A stretch of DNA of 62,616 nt, filler included, from Basidiobolus ranarum (Eukaryota): assembly GCA_040143965.1 (NCBI GenBank). It is 10 parts of 10 records of this genome, joined end to end, with 100 filler letters (N's around TTAATTAATTAA, not from the genome) between each part and the next. Parts side by side here need not be neighbours in the genome. Positions count along the whole stretch, not along the records: positions 25,128 to 31,297 come from JASJQH010008263.1; positions 31,398 to 37,565 come from JASJQH010008264.1; positions 37,666 to 43,832 come from JASJQH010008265.1; 7 more parts are not named here. One strand, given 5' to 3'. Below are positions 25,723 to 38,593 of the stretch, piece after piece (positions within the stretch are counted from its first letter, which is position 1; every line of letters begins with the position of its first letter). Under the pieces are notes generated by a model. It did no database searches. It was not told where the DNA came from and saw only the letters and a list, made by a program, of their open reading frames with translations. The position numbers were made by a program, and so were the translations under genes.

Positions 25723-28700
25723 TGTAACTCAATCATTTTGTACAAACAATTGATGATTGTGATCTGGTAGCAATCTCGACTTAAATTTAATCATACTCTT
25801 ACATCAAGTTCTCTTTATACCGCGGTTGACTCTAGAGTTAGTTTAAATCCTTCACATAAACACCCGAGACATACATCATTGATGGAGATACTGAGTCTTT
25901 GTAGCACAGTTCTGTACTAGAATACTCTATGTGAGAATATGATTGAGTAAATAGAAGTGGTAAAACTTCTAATTGAAAAGTTTTAGATTCCCAGTTACTC
26001 TCATGTTACTAAACACTCCTTTACAACTTGGTTCCCACAGTCAACCTGTATGCAAAAATTGACTGGTTGTAACAAATGTTCTAAAGGTTGAATATTGCTT
26101 TTATACTGTACATGGAATTTTGAGTCAATATACCGGATATATCTTGGAAGTATGCAAGTATTCATACTTTTTATAATTTCCCAAACCTTTGCCACATCAT
26201 CCTGAACATCTGGGAAGTATATCTTATTCGCTCTCTGCAGTTTACTAGAACGTTACTTCATGTGTCACCAAGTGCAAGTCATAACGAAGCATTAGAAATG
26301 ATGAACTCCCAAGTACACCATCAGGATATTTAGAATATTAGTAAACACCTTTGTTCCTCCATCATCTTTCTATTCTTTGACTAACTATGAGTCACTAAGT
26401 TGATAGTATTTACTTTGTATATACACTAAACAAATTACTGTCTACCCCTTTTTCCAGGCATCATTGCATCTAGTAGAGAGTTGTAAAAGCTCGTATAATT
26501 ATATGAATTCATTTGAATATAGCTACAACATAATATTAAATACATATTTTAGTCACTTATAGTTGTGACTCCATGGTTAGAGCTCTCTCTCTTTCTCTTA
26601 AATTCCAATGTTCACTTAAAATATATGAGCATAGACATTGATGAAAAGGAGTTATTAACAAGATAACATCGATAGTGTTTAGCAATATGATTAGCCTCTG
26701 CATTCAAATATTGGGGGATACATCAAACTTGGACTTGCAGATGTATGGGTACATATGGTAGAGTGGAGAAGCAACTATAACAATACATTATATTATCTGG
26801 TTGTCATGTTCTAGAGGTTGATAGAGAAATTCTGCTAAATGACGTCTGTTCAAAGGATTTCATGAGTTATGAATCCCACAATATTTGGAACTTTTTGATT
26901 TGCATATCACTTTCCTTCATGAATATACAATATTAATATATTTATTCATCACTAATATTTGAAAGAGACTTAACTGAATCAAAAATTATGTCAGGCCGCG
27001 TTAGCTAATAGTGGAAATCAAAACTGCAGTCGACCATGGTGCCTGTGACTATATATACTTTATAGGTTACTTGATGGCATATAATAGGGGCAAAGAGTTC
27101 ACATTTTAAATCATCACTCTCTACATTTAGCCGACACGGAGAACAAGTGCCCGAGTGTGCTCTTAGGTAACCAGTGGCAAAGTGGTGATTGAATGTATCT
27201 TTACTGCCTAGAATTTTACATAAGATATCAGCAATGGTGAATGTATGAACTAATAAAGCCATCATGTTTCACCAAGTTAATCCTGAAAATACTAGTTTTC
27301 AACACAATCGGTGCCTGATCGTTCATATCATAATCTGAAATCAAAGCATTAATATCTCATAACTGGCATTATATCTTACTACCATCAAAATAGTGGTTGC
27401 TCTGTAACTTGATAAGACGGCGTGGAAAGTAATTACTTGCCATTCAATAGGTGCTATATTCAAGAAGATTTCCAACCATGTAAGAATTCAATGAAACACT
27501 GATCTACCAACAGGCCTGGTGAGTTAGCAAATTACCATGTAGGTCATGGAGGTTACCTACTCGCTTGAAACAGAGTCCCTGATATGAGGTATTAGTTGAT
27601 GATTGGTAGTGCTTTAATGAATAATTTTGCAAGGAATTCCACTAGGGATTATGTAGCTATCAACTCTGTTGTACAACCATGACCACATCCATCAACGATT
27701 CGTTTATGTCATCGTAATTCGTAAAAAAAATGGATCTTGGTAAACTCCTGAGACATGTTTGCAGACAGCATAAGGCGTATGCTTGAAACCATACCACTTG
27801 CCATCAATACCTAGTGGCGTCCTGAAAACTCTTTGCAGTTAAACTGAGAGTCATAGGTCAAATTAAGTCCAATCCAACCTATACAACCTTATAAACATCT
27901 AAATAATTGGACTACAACATCACCGCTCGAATTGAAATTCTACTCACTGACTGCATCAACAGGCGCCAGAATTAAAATAGACCTGTGTAGTACAAAAAGT
28001 CAAAAATCCGACAGCAATTTGCTTGGTGAAATCCTGGTTATAAATCAGGACCAACAGTAGCCAATTAGCGCCACCCAATTTCTAGACCAAACCTAGTAGG
28101 TTATAGGAAATACCAATAGGGAATAGGTGTATCATGCATGCAGGTGGCCTTGTGCCTCTCAGCAATCCAGAAAATTCCTGCATTCCCTGTTTTAGGCATT
28201 CTATAGAGCCCCCTTGGCTCTACTAAGCGTGAGACTATATTTCTGTGTACAGGAGCATTCGAGGGCGTTAGAGCTTCGAAAGCCGTGGGATACTGAGGCC
28301 TTCGCCTGCGCTCTTGTGTAGCTGTAACATGTTGCTAACATGAGTTCCTGAAATGGGTCTTTGGATGTTATCCGTCTATTTTGGACATTTCCTTTGTGAA
28401 AGTTTCTTGCGTCGTGACGTATGCGCACCCATTTCGAATGTGTTTAGATTTCAACCCTATTCGTGAAAAGATCGCAATCAAGCTTGATGAATCACCCAGA
28501 CCTGGGCCTTGGATAATTAGAATTTACAACTTTAATTAATCTAGTCCAAGATAAGGTTTTGATATGCAACAGCTGACCTGTGCCGAACCTTACTTCCATT
28601 TTACTCAAACTGCCTGTGATTTGGATTTGTATGGGGTCTCATTCTTTCTTCTTTGGCTATGAGCGTAGTTGTAGCGAGGGCGATAAGCTGGCTCATGTTC

Positions 28701-30150
28701 TGCTGTACATCTGTTTCTCCACATACTCGATCGGAGTAGCATGCTATCGGTGACTCATAATCCACTGAAGTATAATTCATTATGCAGACTCAATTAGGCA
28801 ATTTTAAGGAGTCTCATATAACCACAATAATGGATAAGGGGGAATGTAGTTTCCTGATTTCCAATCTGAGTGCCATATTTGATCGGGGATAGGTTGGCTG
28901 CCAGATATGGATAGTATTTTAGTGGTGTGTATATATAAAACATGTTCTCTTTCCAGTTGCTTATATATATATATATATTAATGCTAGCCACCTTATTTGC
29001 TGATCCTGCCCTGGTTGCACAAGGTACCATTTTCTCTCTAAGTGTCTAGCAACTAGGATCCCTCACAATGGGATCGACAGATCAAATGACCTCGGCGACT
29101 AAACATTGGAGAAAGTCGACTACAACAGATACTGTGAACGCAGTGGTGTCAGTAGTGCGTGCAAGTTGTATTTGGGGTGGCAAGCGACTCGTTATCTATC
29201 TGAGATCATGATAAGAGTCATGCTCGCCCGAGCACCTAAAGGGCTGTCTGGACCTGTGTCTATCGAAGTTAGCGTACAACCATATCGAACATAATCGCCA
29301 TAGATAGAAAGTGAGACTCTAAGTCTCTCGTGAACAGTATTGTATCGACCATAGTGATTGCCAATATGGATTGCCAATCTCTATCTTCCAATCGCAGGTG
29401 ATCAGTCAGCCAGCGTCAGATGACTAGTAGAATGGACGGAGGCTGTGCAGCATATTGTCTGCGCATGTCCACTATGACAATCCTATGTTTCCAGGAAGCA
29501 TTTCAAACGTCTAATCAGCACGATTAGCGCAAGTAGCCATCGATTTGTTTTCAGTTCGCTTTTCCGTGCCCAGATGGCTTCAGTAGGATTGTATTACAAG
29601 CAAATCGCTGGCACAATAATCTCTCTGTCCGCATAGCCACAACATCACTTACACAATAAAGGCTGAGACACATTCTTTGTACAATGCCATTAAACCAGCG
29701 CAGTTTTCCTGGTCGGAGTTGTACGGACTTCAGGGTCATCCTAAACTGTATAATATTGAAATCTCGTTACTATTGGGATTCTATTGACATTGTGGAGCCA
29801 TTTCGATGAAATCTCCCGAAATGGAAAGTAGGATTAGTTGCTGTAAATCCAATCAGCTCATTATGCTAGAGAGAGGGTTGAGATCACCGAGATTTTAAGT
29901 ATAAACTTTTGTGGAAAATCACCATCAAGATGTTTCCATGGTCTGTTCTTTTCTTCACACGTTTCACAATTGGCTATATGCTCTAAAGCTAATAATAATT
30001 AGGCACCACTATTCTAACAAACAAGGCACGCAAAAAAATCAGCTGCCTACATGTCGGCAAATGTATAAAAAGGGCATCCAGATTGTCGTTGGAATTTAGA
30101 TCCATTTGATTTCACCATCACTCCATTAAATTCCCAAAACCACCTTTATA

Positions 30151-31297
30151 ATGAGTGAAGAGAAGAAGATTGAACAAAATAAGGAGGTCGCTCACATTGA
30201 TGATGAGGTCGAAGGCCAACCCAACCCCGAGGACATCAAACTCCGCGTTGCTGGAAAGATCCCTCTCCCTGCCTGGTTCATTATCATTACTGAATTGTGT
30301 GAACGTTTTGCTTTCTACGGTGCCTCTCTTCTATTCCAACCTTACATGTTGAAGATGCTTGGCTTTAGTAAAGGTACCGCTACTGCAGTAAACAGAGGCT
30401 TCCAGTTTATGGCTTATTTCACTACTATTCTGGGTGCCATCATTGCCGATAAATATATTGGTAAATTCAAAACCATTGTAGTGTTCTCTATTGTCTACAT
30501 GATCGGTTTGGCCATCTTAGCATTCAGTGCTCTTCCATCTTCTCTTGAGGGAAGTTTCGGAATGATCGGTTACATTATTGCTTTATACGTTTTCATTGCC
30601 TTCGGTACAGGTGGTATCAAATCTAATGTTTCCTCCTTCGCTGCTGAGCAAGTCAAAGACGGTGTTTTCCCAACCAAGGTCCCTGGAGTATACACAGATT
30701 CCACACTAACTGTTGAGAGAGTTTTCCGTTTCTTCTACTGGGCCATTAACTGTGGTGCATTATTGGGACAGTTCATTTGCCCCATTATTGCCAATGACTA
30801 CGGATCTTATCCTTTAGCTTTTGGTATTCCAGCCATTATGTTCTTTATTGGTATTATTGTATTTATTGTCGCCAAAAAGATTTACTTCGTAAAGCCTCCT
30901 TCCGGTACTGTTCTATCCAAGACTTACGCTTGCATCAAGTATGCCTTATCCCATCGCAAAGCTCCTTTGGACAACAATAAGACCGGTGCACCCATTGACC
31001 ATTGGTTAGATTACGCTAAAGTTGAAGGTGCCATGTGGACCACCGAGTTTGTCGATGATTTGAAGAAAACCCTCCGTGCCTGCTTAGTATTCCTCTTCTA
31101 TCCTTTCTACTGGGCTTTATACTATAACATGTCCGATAACTTCATCAACATGGGTCTCACTATGCAACGCCCATCCTTCATTGGTGGACCAGAACAATTG
31201 AATCTCATCAACAGTGTTGTATTGGTTGTTGCCAGCCCGATTTTCGATACTGTCGTCTTCCCCCTACTCAGAAGTATGGGTTGCCGCCTCGGTGCTA
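30151..31297 (+). CDS. PTR2: POT/PTR2 proton-dependent oligopeptide transporter, 3'-truncated
   Basis: ExxERF motif (ELCERFAFYG), GAIIADKYIGKFKTI, GTGGIKSNVSSFAAEQ and FYWAINCG; intronless up to the contig end. Confidence 0.95.
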
Positions 31298-31397
31298 NNN
31301 NNNNNNNNNNNNNNNNNNNNNNNNNNNNNNNNNNNNNNNNNTTAATTAATTAANNNNNNNNNNNNNNNNNNNNNNNNNNNNNNNNNNNNNNNNNNNN

Positions 31398-31964
31398 GTG
31401 GTGTGCGGTATGGTATCTCTATGTTGTCTCTACATATGATGTCATATTGAGTTTGATTTGTTATATAGGACACTATGGATGTGGTGGAGTTAAGGCAGCC
31501 ATGGAGAACCATAGTTACGGCTTAATTGATAATTGGCTGACCAATATCAAATCCGTCTATCAAAGTAAGCGCAAATAACATTGATATAATTCTGACATAA
31601 AATTCACATACTTACCTTGAAGGCAAGAAAAAATGGTTGGATGGTAAACTACAGATAACATGAATAGTATGACGGACCCTTGTTAATCAACTTTCATTTA
31701 GGACTGGAGCAAACGGAGCGGGAGGCTCTTATGGTAGAACTCAACGTAATCAATAGCCTTCATATCCTTTGCCAGACTCCAGTTGTTCAAAGTGCGTGGA
31801 GTCGAGGCCAGCCAATTACCGTTCATGGCTGGAGCTACAATATTGAAAACGGTAGAATTTATGATCTTAATGCGCGAGTTACTTCGCCCAATGATGTTGA
31901 GAAGGTTTATTGGGAAGCCTTCCAAACAAAAATCCACAGTGTAAAGTCAATAGGTAGAGAATAG
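31398..31964 (+). CDS. NCE103: Beta-class carbonic anhydrase, 5'-truncated
   Basis: VVC|GHYGCGGVKAAM...LIDNWL...VELNV...QTPVVQSAWSRGQPITVHGWSYNIENG; HxxCG zinc motif; three introns including a 21-nt exon at 31623-31643. Confidence 0.93.
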
Positions 31965-32035
31965 TCACATATCGTGTGATCCATAATGTATAGTGTTTAT
32001 TTTTGAAGAATTGTTGTTAAATGTACAAAGCGACT

Positions 32036-32780
32036 CTATTGCTTACGCTTGGAGTAAATCATGGCAGTGAAAGGCCTATTCCATCAAAATTATTAATAAA
32101 TGCTTTTTAATGATGACTTTTAGTCTACTTACTCTTCAAATCTTAACGCAACGTTATAGGTCAAATATACGATGGCAGTAAGAAGAATGCCGGCTGGAGT
32201 TCCATACCTAGAATACCGTCAATAAATGTTAAGTACTAAGAGTTTTCACTAATCACATACCATAAAGCAGAGGCCATGAATACCATGGTAGACCCTTGAT
32301 ACATAGGATTGTTAGACACATTGAAAGGGAATCCCGTAACCCTGTGGCTCATTAGAATTCCAAAATAATCCCCTATCCAATCAGATATTAGTAGGATGTA
32401 AGAGGTGCTTTTATAGTTGATCTCTACAAACCTAGGTAAGTTCCAGTAACTCCAAGTGCATACATAGAGCTGAGAACAAAGATATTTCCCCATAGGAATA
32501 AGCCAGCTGCTACAAGTTTGACCATCCCAGTTTGAAGAAGCGGAAGAACAGGCTGCTCACTTAGGGCTTGAGAATAAAGATAGTCACGAAAGATACCAAG
32601 CGAGAAAATGGTCAAGGCTAAACCGTAGCAGCCTCTGCGAGGGTTACCACCAGCGAGTTTAGTTAGCAATCTGTTATGATACTCTTGGCGGGCAACGATA
32701 TTCCAAAATGTAGGATTAAAAAGGATTGATGCTAGCGCATACCAGAAAGACGGTTTCTTAAAATCAATGAACTTCAACAT
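32036..32780 (-). CDS. OPI3: Phospholipid methyltransferase Opi3/PEMT
   Basis: ILFNPTFWNIVARQEY...SSMYALGVTGTYL|GDYFGILMSHRVTGFPFNVSNNPMYQGST...ALRFE|EPFTAMIYSKRKQ*; three introns. Confidence 0.95.
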
Positions 32781-33404
32781 GCGGATTCCTGTTCTCACGT
32801 GTGAGTAAGTAGAGTTAGAAAGGGGCAATGATATCAACAGCCATGTTGAAAGCCTTTATACAGTTTCGCTTGCTAATTTCAGATGGTTTTCGGATGCATT
32901 GCACATGATATAATGGCCAGACTCGAGGACTACAGAATTGAATCTGTAGATAAGAGTGAAGCTAATGCAACCATGATAGCCAATCAATCTTGAACACTTC
33001 GATGGTGACCCACTAACATCATACACCAGTACCATATTTGGTATTTATATAACTAGGCATTTCTCGATTGGCTAGCCTCGTCTGGATACCCATTATCCCC
33101 CCCCCCAAGCGCCAGCGCAGCTTAGGCTCGGACTGCTAGGTTAAATGCAAAGATTTTCGCTCGATCACATGTTAAAGCACTCGTAATTCGTGACTACTGT
33201 TTGGTCAATCAGGGTCAGGGTTTACATATATATATATATATCAAGTGAAATGTGAAGAGTAAGGATCTAAACCGTAATTTGAATGCTTGTTTATGAATGA
33301 CCAGTTACCACAACAAAACTACTTCCATAATGTCTATTCTAGATGTAATAAGCAAGGGTTGCTGGAGATTAATGAGTTGCTCCGAATGCGTCAGAGGATA
33401 TAAT

Positions 33405-35259
33405 TTAAAGTAGCGATGGGAGCTCCTCAAGCGTGCACGTTTGCTGTTCACGCAAGTCTGTATTTCTTATAGTAACTTGATTGTTACGGAATTCTTGCTC
33501 TCCAATAAAAATGACATGACGAGCATTTGATTTAAGCGCCTTAGTCAAGCCTTTACTAACTGGTTGAAGTGTGTCAGAGTTGGGATGGATCACAAGAACT
33601 TTCTGTTCACAATTTCTGAGCACCCCCGCAATATGCTGAGCATAGTAAGATAGTTCAGGGACACTGGCTGTCGACTTTGAAGGCTCATCTGAATCAGATC
33701 TTGCTAAAACAATAGCGATTGGACGTTTCTCTTGCTCTAAGACCGAGTCTTCTAACAGAAGAGAAAGTCTTTCTATTCCTGCTGCCCACCTAAATGGAAG
33801 AGGAGTAAACTTAATATAATTCCAGCTAGGATTAAAGCTTCATTAGTTACCCAATCCCAGGAATATTTTTAGGTCCACCCATCTTTTCTACCAAATTGTC
33901 GTATCTTCCACCTGCCAAAATTGTTCCTTGTGAGGTACCGAGCTTCTCATTCGAGCATTTGAATTCCCACACAGTGTGATCGTAGTAGTCTAGTCCGCGG
34001 ACAAGTTGAGGGTTGACTCTGAAAGGAATGTTTAATTGCTTCAATCCAGAGCAAATAAACTGGAACCGTTTGGCTGATTCCTCGTTTAGATGATCAAGTA
34101 TTTCGGGAGAGGAGCTAACCACCTCAATATCACCAGGATCCTTGGAATCAAGAATACGGAGAGGATTTGTGTCAAGTCTAGTAATGTTAAGAACGGTTTA
34201 TGATCGAGTATTTCACAAGTGTACATACCTACGCACACTATCAGGTGATAGCTTATCTACGTTTCCACGAAGGTAAGCGGTAAGAACTTCTCTATATTTG
34301 GTACGGGAGCTTACGTCGCCCAAAGAGTTGATTTGAATCTGGAAGCAGTGAGGTTGATTATTCAACTATACCTTAATACACGAATTTTGTATTGACTAGA
34401 AATCTCACCTCAACGTTGTTGTCTAACTTGAGCTTAGATAAGAATCGCCAACCCATCTCGATAACCTCTATGTCCGAAGAAGGATGAGCATAACCAAAAT
34501 ACTCAGTTCCAAACTGTTCGAACTATCAATGCCGAGTAGTACGGGAATTAGTACGAAATCGATCAATGAAATCCTGCTCACATATTACCTGTCTAAGTCT
34601 TCCCTTTTGTGGTCTTTCATGTCTGAACATCGGACCATAATAGTAGAACTTTTGGGTAGAATGGGATAATCCATTGCTTATCAAAGCTCGGCATATGCCT
34701 TTCCAGATAAGTAAGTTTAACTAGAACTAGCAGCAAATGTTATAACTTTTGATAACTTACCAGCAGTCCCTTCGGGGCGCATGACCAACATGGAGTCATT
34801 TCTGTCTTTAAAGCTGTACAGTTCTTTATTGACAATATCCGATTCTTCACCTAGGGTACGATCGAATACGTTAAGAAATTCCAATATAGGTGTCGAAATC
34901 TAGGTACAAAAATGTAAATGAACAAGAAATATATTGTGTTAAAGAGTATAATGTTTACCTCCTGACAACCATACAATCCAGCCACAGAGGAACCAGTCTG
35001 GCAAATATGTCTGAATTTTTTACTCTCTAGCCCATACCGATCGTGCATACCACGAACTGGTCTCAAATTTTCTTTCTTGACTTTCCTCAATTCAAAAATA
35101 AAACATTTTATAAGTTTATCTAAGAAAGTCTACAACTGTTTATCAAAAGGGGAATGCTCGAATACCTTTAGTAGAGTACTGTCTAAAGAGTGCATTAACA
35201 AAAATACTCTGTCCTGAACGTCGAGAAAGCGAAGCAAGATGAGAAAGCGGTACAATCAT
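33405..35259 (-). CDS. Histidyl-tRNA synthetase, bacterial type, with mitochondrial presequence
   Basis: [31 protein letters not shown]| then [71 protein letters not shown]; seven GT-AG introns (first acceptor uncertain). Confidence 0.92.
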
Positions 35260-35518
35260 TTCTCAAATGTCACAATAACCTATATTTGTTGGAACTTTAG
35301 AGAGGTTACCGTTTAACGGTTATATTAAGACCACTATACTTGCTGAGGATCAAAAATTTCGTGTTCGCCAGAAATCTGATTATTCGAAGTTCACATAAAT
35401 CAATTCAATCCTATATTCATAGTTGATTTGAAAAATCGAATATATGACTAGCATTTTCTGTATAAATTATGTGACGAAACTTGTTTTATTCATAATTGCT
35501 GAGTGCAGTTTCTACAAA

Positions 35519-37565
35519 ATGACTTCTCCTTTGACACGAGCTGGATGTGAAGCTTTAAGGCAACAGGCTCTGGAAAGTCTTGAGGAATCTGTAGAGAATG
35601 GAGCTAGTGGACCTTCCCCTCCTGAACTTAACGTACGACTTCAAGTTATGAAACTGTTAAGATGTAGGAATGACTTCAATTTGATGTTGTGAAAACATAT
35701 TATGCTGATGTCTCGAGAATTCTCCTTATAAGTCTATTAACGTCGTGAATTTTTACTTTGTATCGAAATCTTCAGACACCATCGATGCTCGGGCACGTTC
35801 GTTCTTCGAAAATGTAATTGAACTAGATAGTTCTACTGTTGATGTTTTCGATATGATAATAAGCGATGCAGCACATAAGGTATTTCCTCGTGCAAATCAA
35901 GAAGCATTTGAGATAGCACTAACGCGTTATTATATCTGGTTCCAATCGCGACCAGCTAAAAGTGGTACTATCACCGGAATTGAATTACATGGTATATCAA
36001 GGACTTATTTGTGAAAGAGCAGTTATAGAGGTATAGTTCCTTTTTTCACAAGATTTATTTACTCAACAACAAGCATTTAATTCCATTTCTTGACAATTTT
36101 TGTCGAAAGGTCCATGATTGTACCTTGAGGTTCCGGGAAACTGACCTGAGCGCCACTGAAATCATAGTTCTGACGAAGATCAATATAATAGACTATCATG
36201 TTTCGAAGTTTTACAAGAAAAAAGGCCGCGAGGTTGGAACAATACTTTATTGCTGAAAGCTTAATACATTGCTAGAGCTCTTTACTTACCGCTAAAATAG
36301 GATATCGAATACCTGGTAGATGTTAAAGATGAGTATCTACCATTCACCAGTCGTCGTTGCTCGTACCTCACCGCCCTTGGTGACGATGACTTTCTACGTG
36401 ATGACCCCCGATGGATCAAACAAGACCTCAGCATTAGCAACGTATGTCGACAATTGAATACTTCGATGCTCAACCTACTCACAGCTTTCTATAGGATTTT
36501 AGGTTGGATCATGCCGGCATGTCTTTAGCCGATATTCTGTCTCGCTTTGAGAAAAGCTATTCCTACAGGCCTCCAATCATTGGTAGAATTATAAAGAAAT
36601 CTACTGTTGCATACTATGGCAAGCCTGAGGATACCAAAGCAAGCTACCCCTTTCAATTCACCATTGTTGTGGGTATGTTGTTAAAATTTGGTCCTTCCCG
36701 TTATTCTGAGTATCATTAATTCCTCTTCTCCCAAAGCTGACGATACTGCAAGCGTGTCCGTTGTTTTCTGGAATTCGTCATGTCTAAAGCATTACCAGTC
36801 CTTGTCTGTCAACCAAATCATCCAAATTTCGGGATATAAAGTTCGACGTGCTTACGAGGGGGCTACCTCGAAAATTGAATTGTCAATCAATCCAAAAAAC
36901 CCGACTGGTGTAGTTGAATCTCTGCAAGGTACTTATTAAATCCAAATGTCTCGGTTTAAGCATTGTTCATTGAAGCCTCTCTATTACCCAGATGGGAATT
37001 TTGAAGGATGGTCACGGGAGGAGGTGTTCTCTCGATATCCCCTACGAAGTCCTACGATTGTTAGCTTTAGTGCCCTATCTCAACATCCTGATGAAACGGA
37101 AATTGATATCATTGGAAGGGTTACGTATGTCGGTCGGCTGGAAATAGAGAAGAGAACGCCACACGGGTATTAGCTTCGTAGAATGGCTACTCTGATATGT
37201 CATGCATTAACTAACTCAATTTTACCAGATTCTCTGACTTTAGATGGGTGAAATTACTTGATCAAACTGAGAGCCAGGAGGTTGTATTGAAGATGTATGC
37301 TTGCTCCCAATTAAGAACCCTTCAGAGGTTGTATATCATTCCTATTATCATTAGCCCCTGCTCCTCATTAATCTCTTGTTGCTGAGCTTAGGGTGGAAGT
37401 TGGAAATGTACTGTTGTGCACTCATGCTCATATCAACAGTATCACTCTTAACTCTGTCGCTCCACGTACCACCTACGTTACGTCTTCTTGGTACACAGAG
37501 TACAAGCTTATTAAGCCTGGTAAACCATTACCATCTCTCTTCGAACAGGTTTAGATCATTTCACC
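35519..37565 (+). CDS. RADX: RADX-like (RPA1-related multi-OB-fold ssDNA-binding protein), 3'-truncated
   Basis: Manual splicing gives LQVMKLLR|YTIDA...FDMIISDAAHK|LKVVLSPELNYMVYQGLI...YLTALGDDDF...PPIIGRIIKKSTVAYYGKPEDTKASYPFQFTIVV|ADDTASVSVVFWNSSCLKHYQSLSVNQIIQISGYKVRRAY...IELSINPKNP...DIIGRVTYVGR...FRWVKLLD...MYACSQ. These blocks are collinear with my recollection of vertebrate RADX motifs. Confidence 0.78.
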
Positions 37566-38593
37566 NNNNNNNNNNNNNNNNNNNNNNNNNNNNNNNNNNN
37601 NNNNNNNNNTTAATTAATTAANNNNNNNNNNNNNNNNNNNNNNNNNNNNNNNNNNNNNNNNNNNNCTGCAGTCTTCCATCCTGAGTTCAGGGACCTTCCA
37701 CTACCACTGTATCTGAACCAAGCAAGGATCTTTGGTATCATTTAGATATTGTTTGTGAGTCATCCCCAGAAATGATGAGTGTTCATTTTATACTCTTTGA
37801 AGTTTGATGTACTACACTCTTGTCAAATAATTCTTTGGCAATGAATTTTTGTTCACTTCAGTATCAAACGCAAGTCCTAGTAGAAAAGGAGATTTAGAAG
37901 TAAATTTTGACTTGTTTGAAAATTCCCTTGTCGATGAATTTTATCGATACCATGGTAACAATCAAGATGGGCATTTAAGAAATTTTTAGTACTACGGTGC
38001 CAAAAATCTAAGCGATTAATTGTTCGACTAAATCACAGTAAATTTGTCCTTGATTTGAGTATATTTATTAACTAGAGATCGATGAGCGAATGATCACTGT
38101 CACCGCAATCATAAACAAGAATGCGTTATTTTTACAATTTTCTACAAGTTGCCTTAGGAAATAGAAGTTTGTTAGAACTCGATAATCATGTTGCTTATTT
38201 GAAGAAATCCTCAACCATGCAATATTTAATCTATTTCTTTTGAAAGATGGAGACTTTGAAGGTGCCTCCAGCACTAAAATGAGAGATTTATTGTAAAGTT
38301 AAAATATTAGTTTGATCAAGTTATTAAAGATTCGTGGGTCAGCGTTAGTATTCTGGTCTTTTGCCTCAGCTCTCCTTGGATATGCAGTATTCCTCAATTA
38401 TGGCAATTCTCTGTAGATACATAAGCCTATTATCCTACTTAGTATCTCCTGAATCTTTGACTTTATTAACAGAGATTAATGATGGACAAAGCTGCAATCA
38501 TTGACCTCAAAATCTTTCATCATGCTATCATGAGCTCTCATTTTTATGTGCCAAAGTAAAGTCATGTTTCCAGAGCTACTTCATATGTGTTTC

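Noticed and set aside
25980-26280. Possible minus-strand integrase relic (QVDCGNQ resembling xSDNGxEF)
   Set aside because: Too degenerate to assign by eye.
27135-27148. CACGGAGAACAAGT, identical to the right subterminal end of the MITE
   Set aside because: No matching left TIR found on this contig and the terminal bases differ; could be a relic but is unsupported.
28962-33241. (TA)n tracts at about 28962-28978 and 33226-33241, and a C10 run at about 33097
   Set aside because: Ordinary microsatellites and homopolymers.
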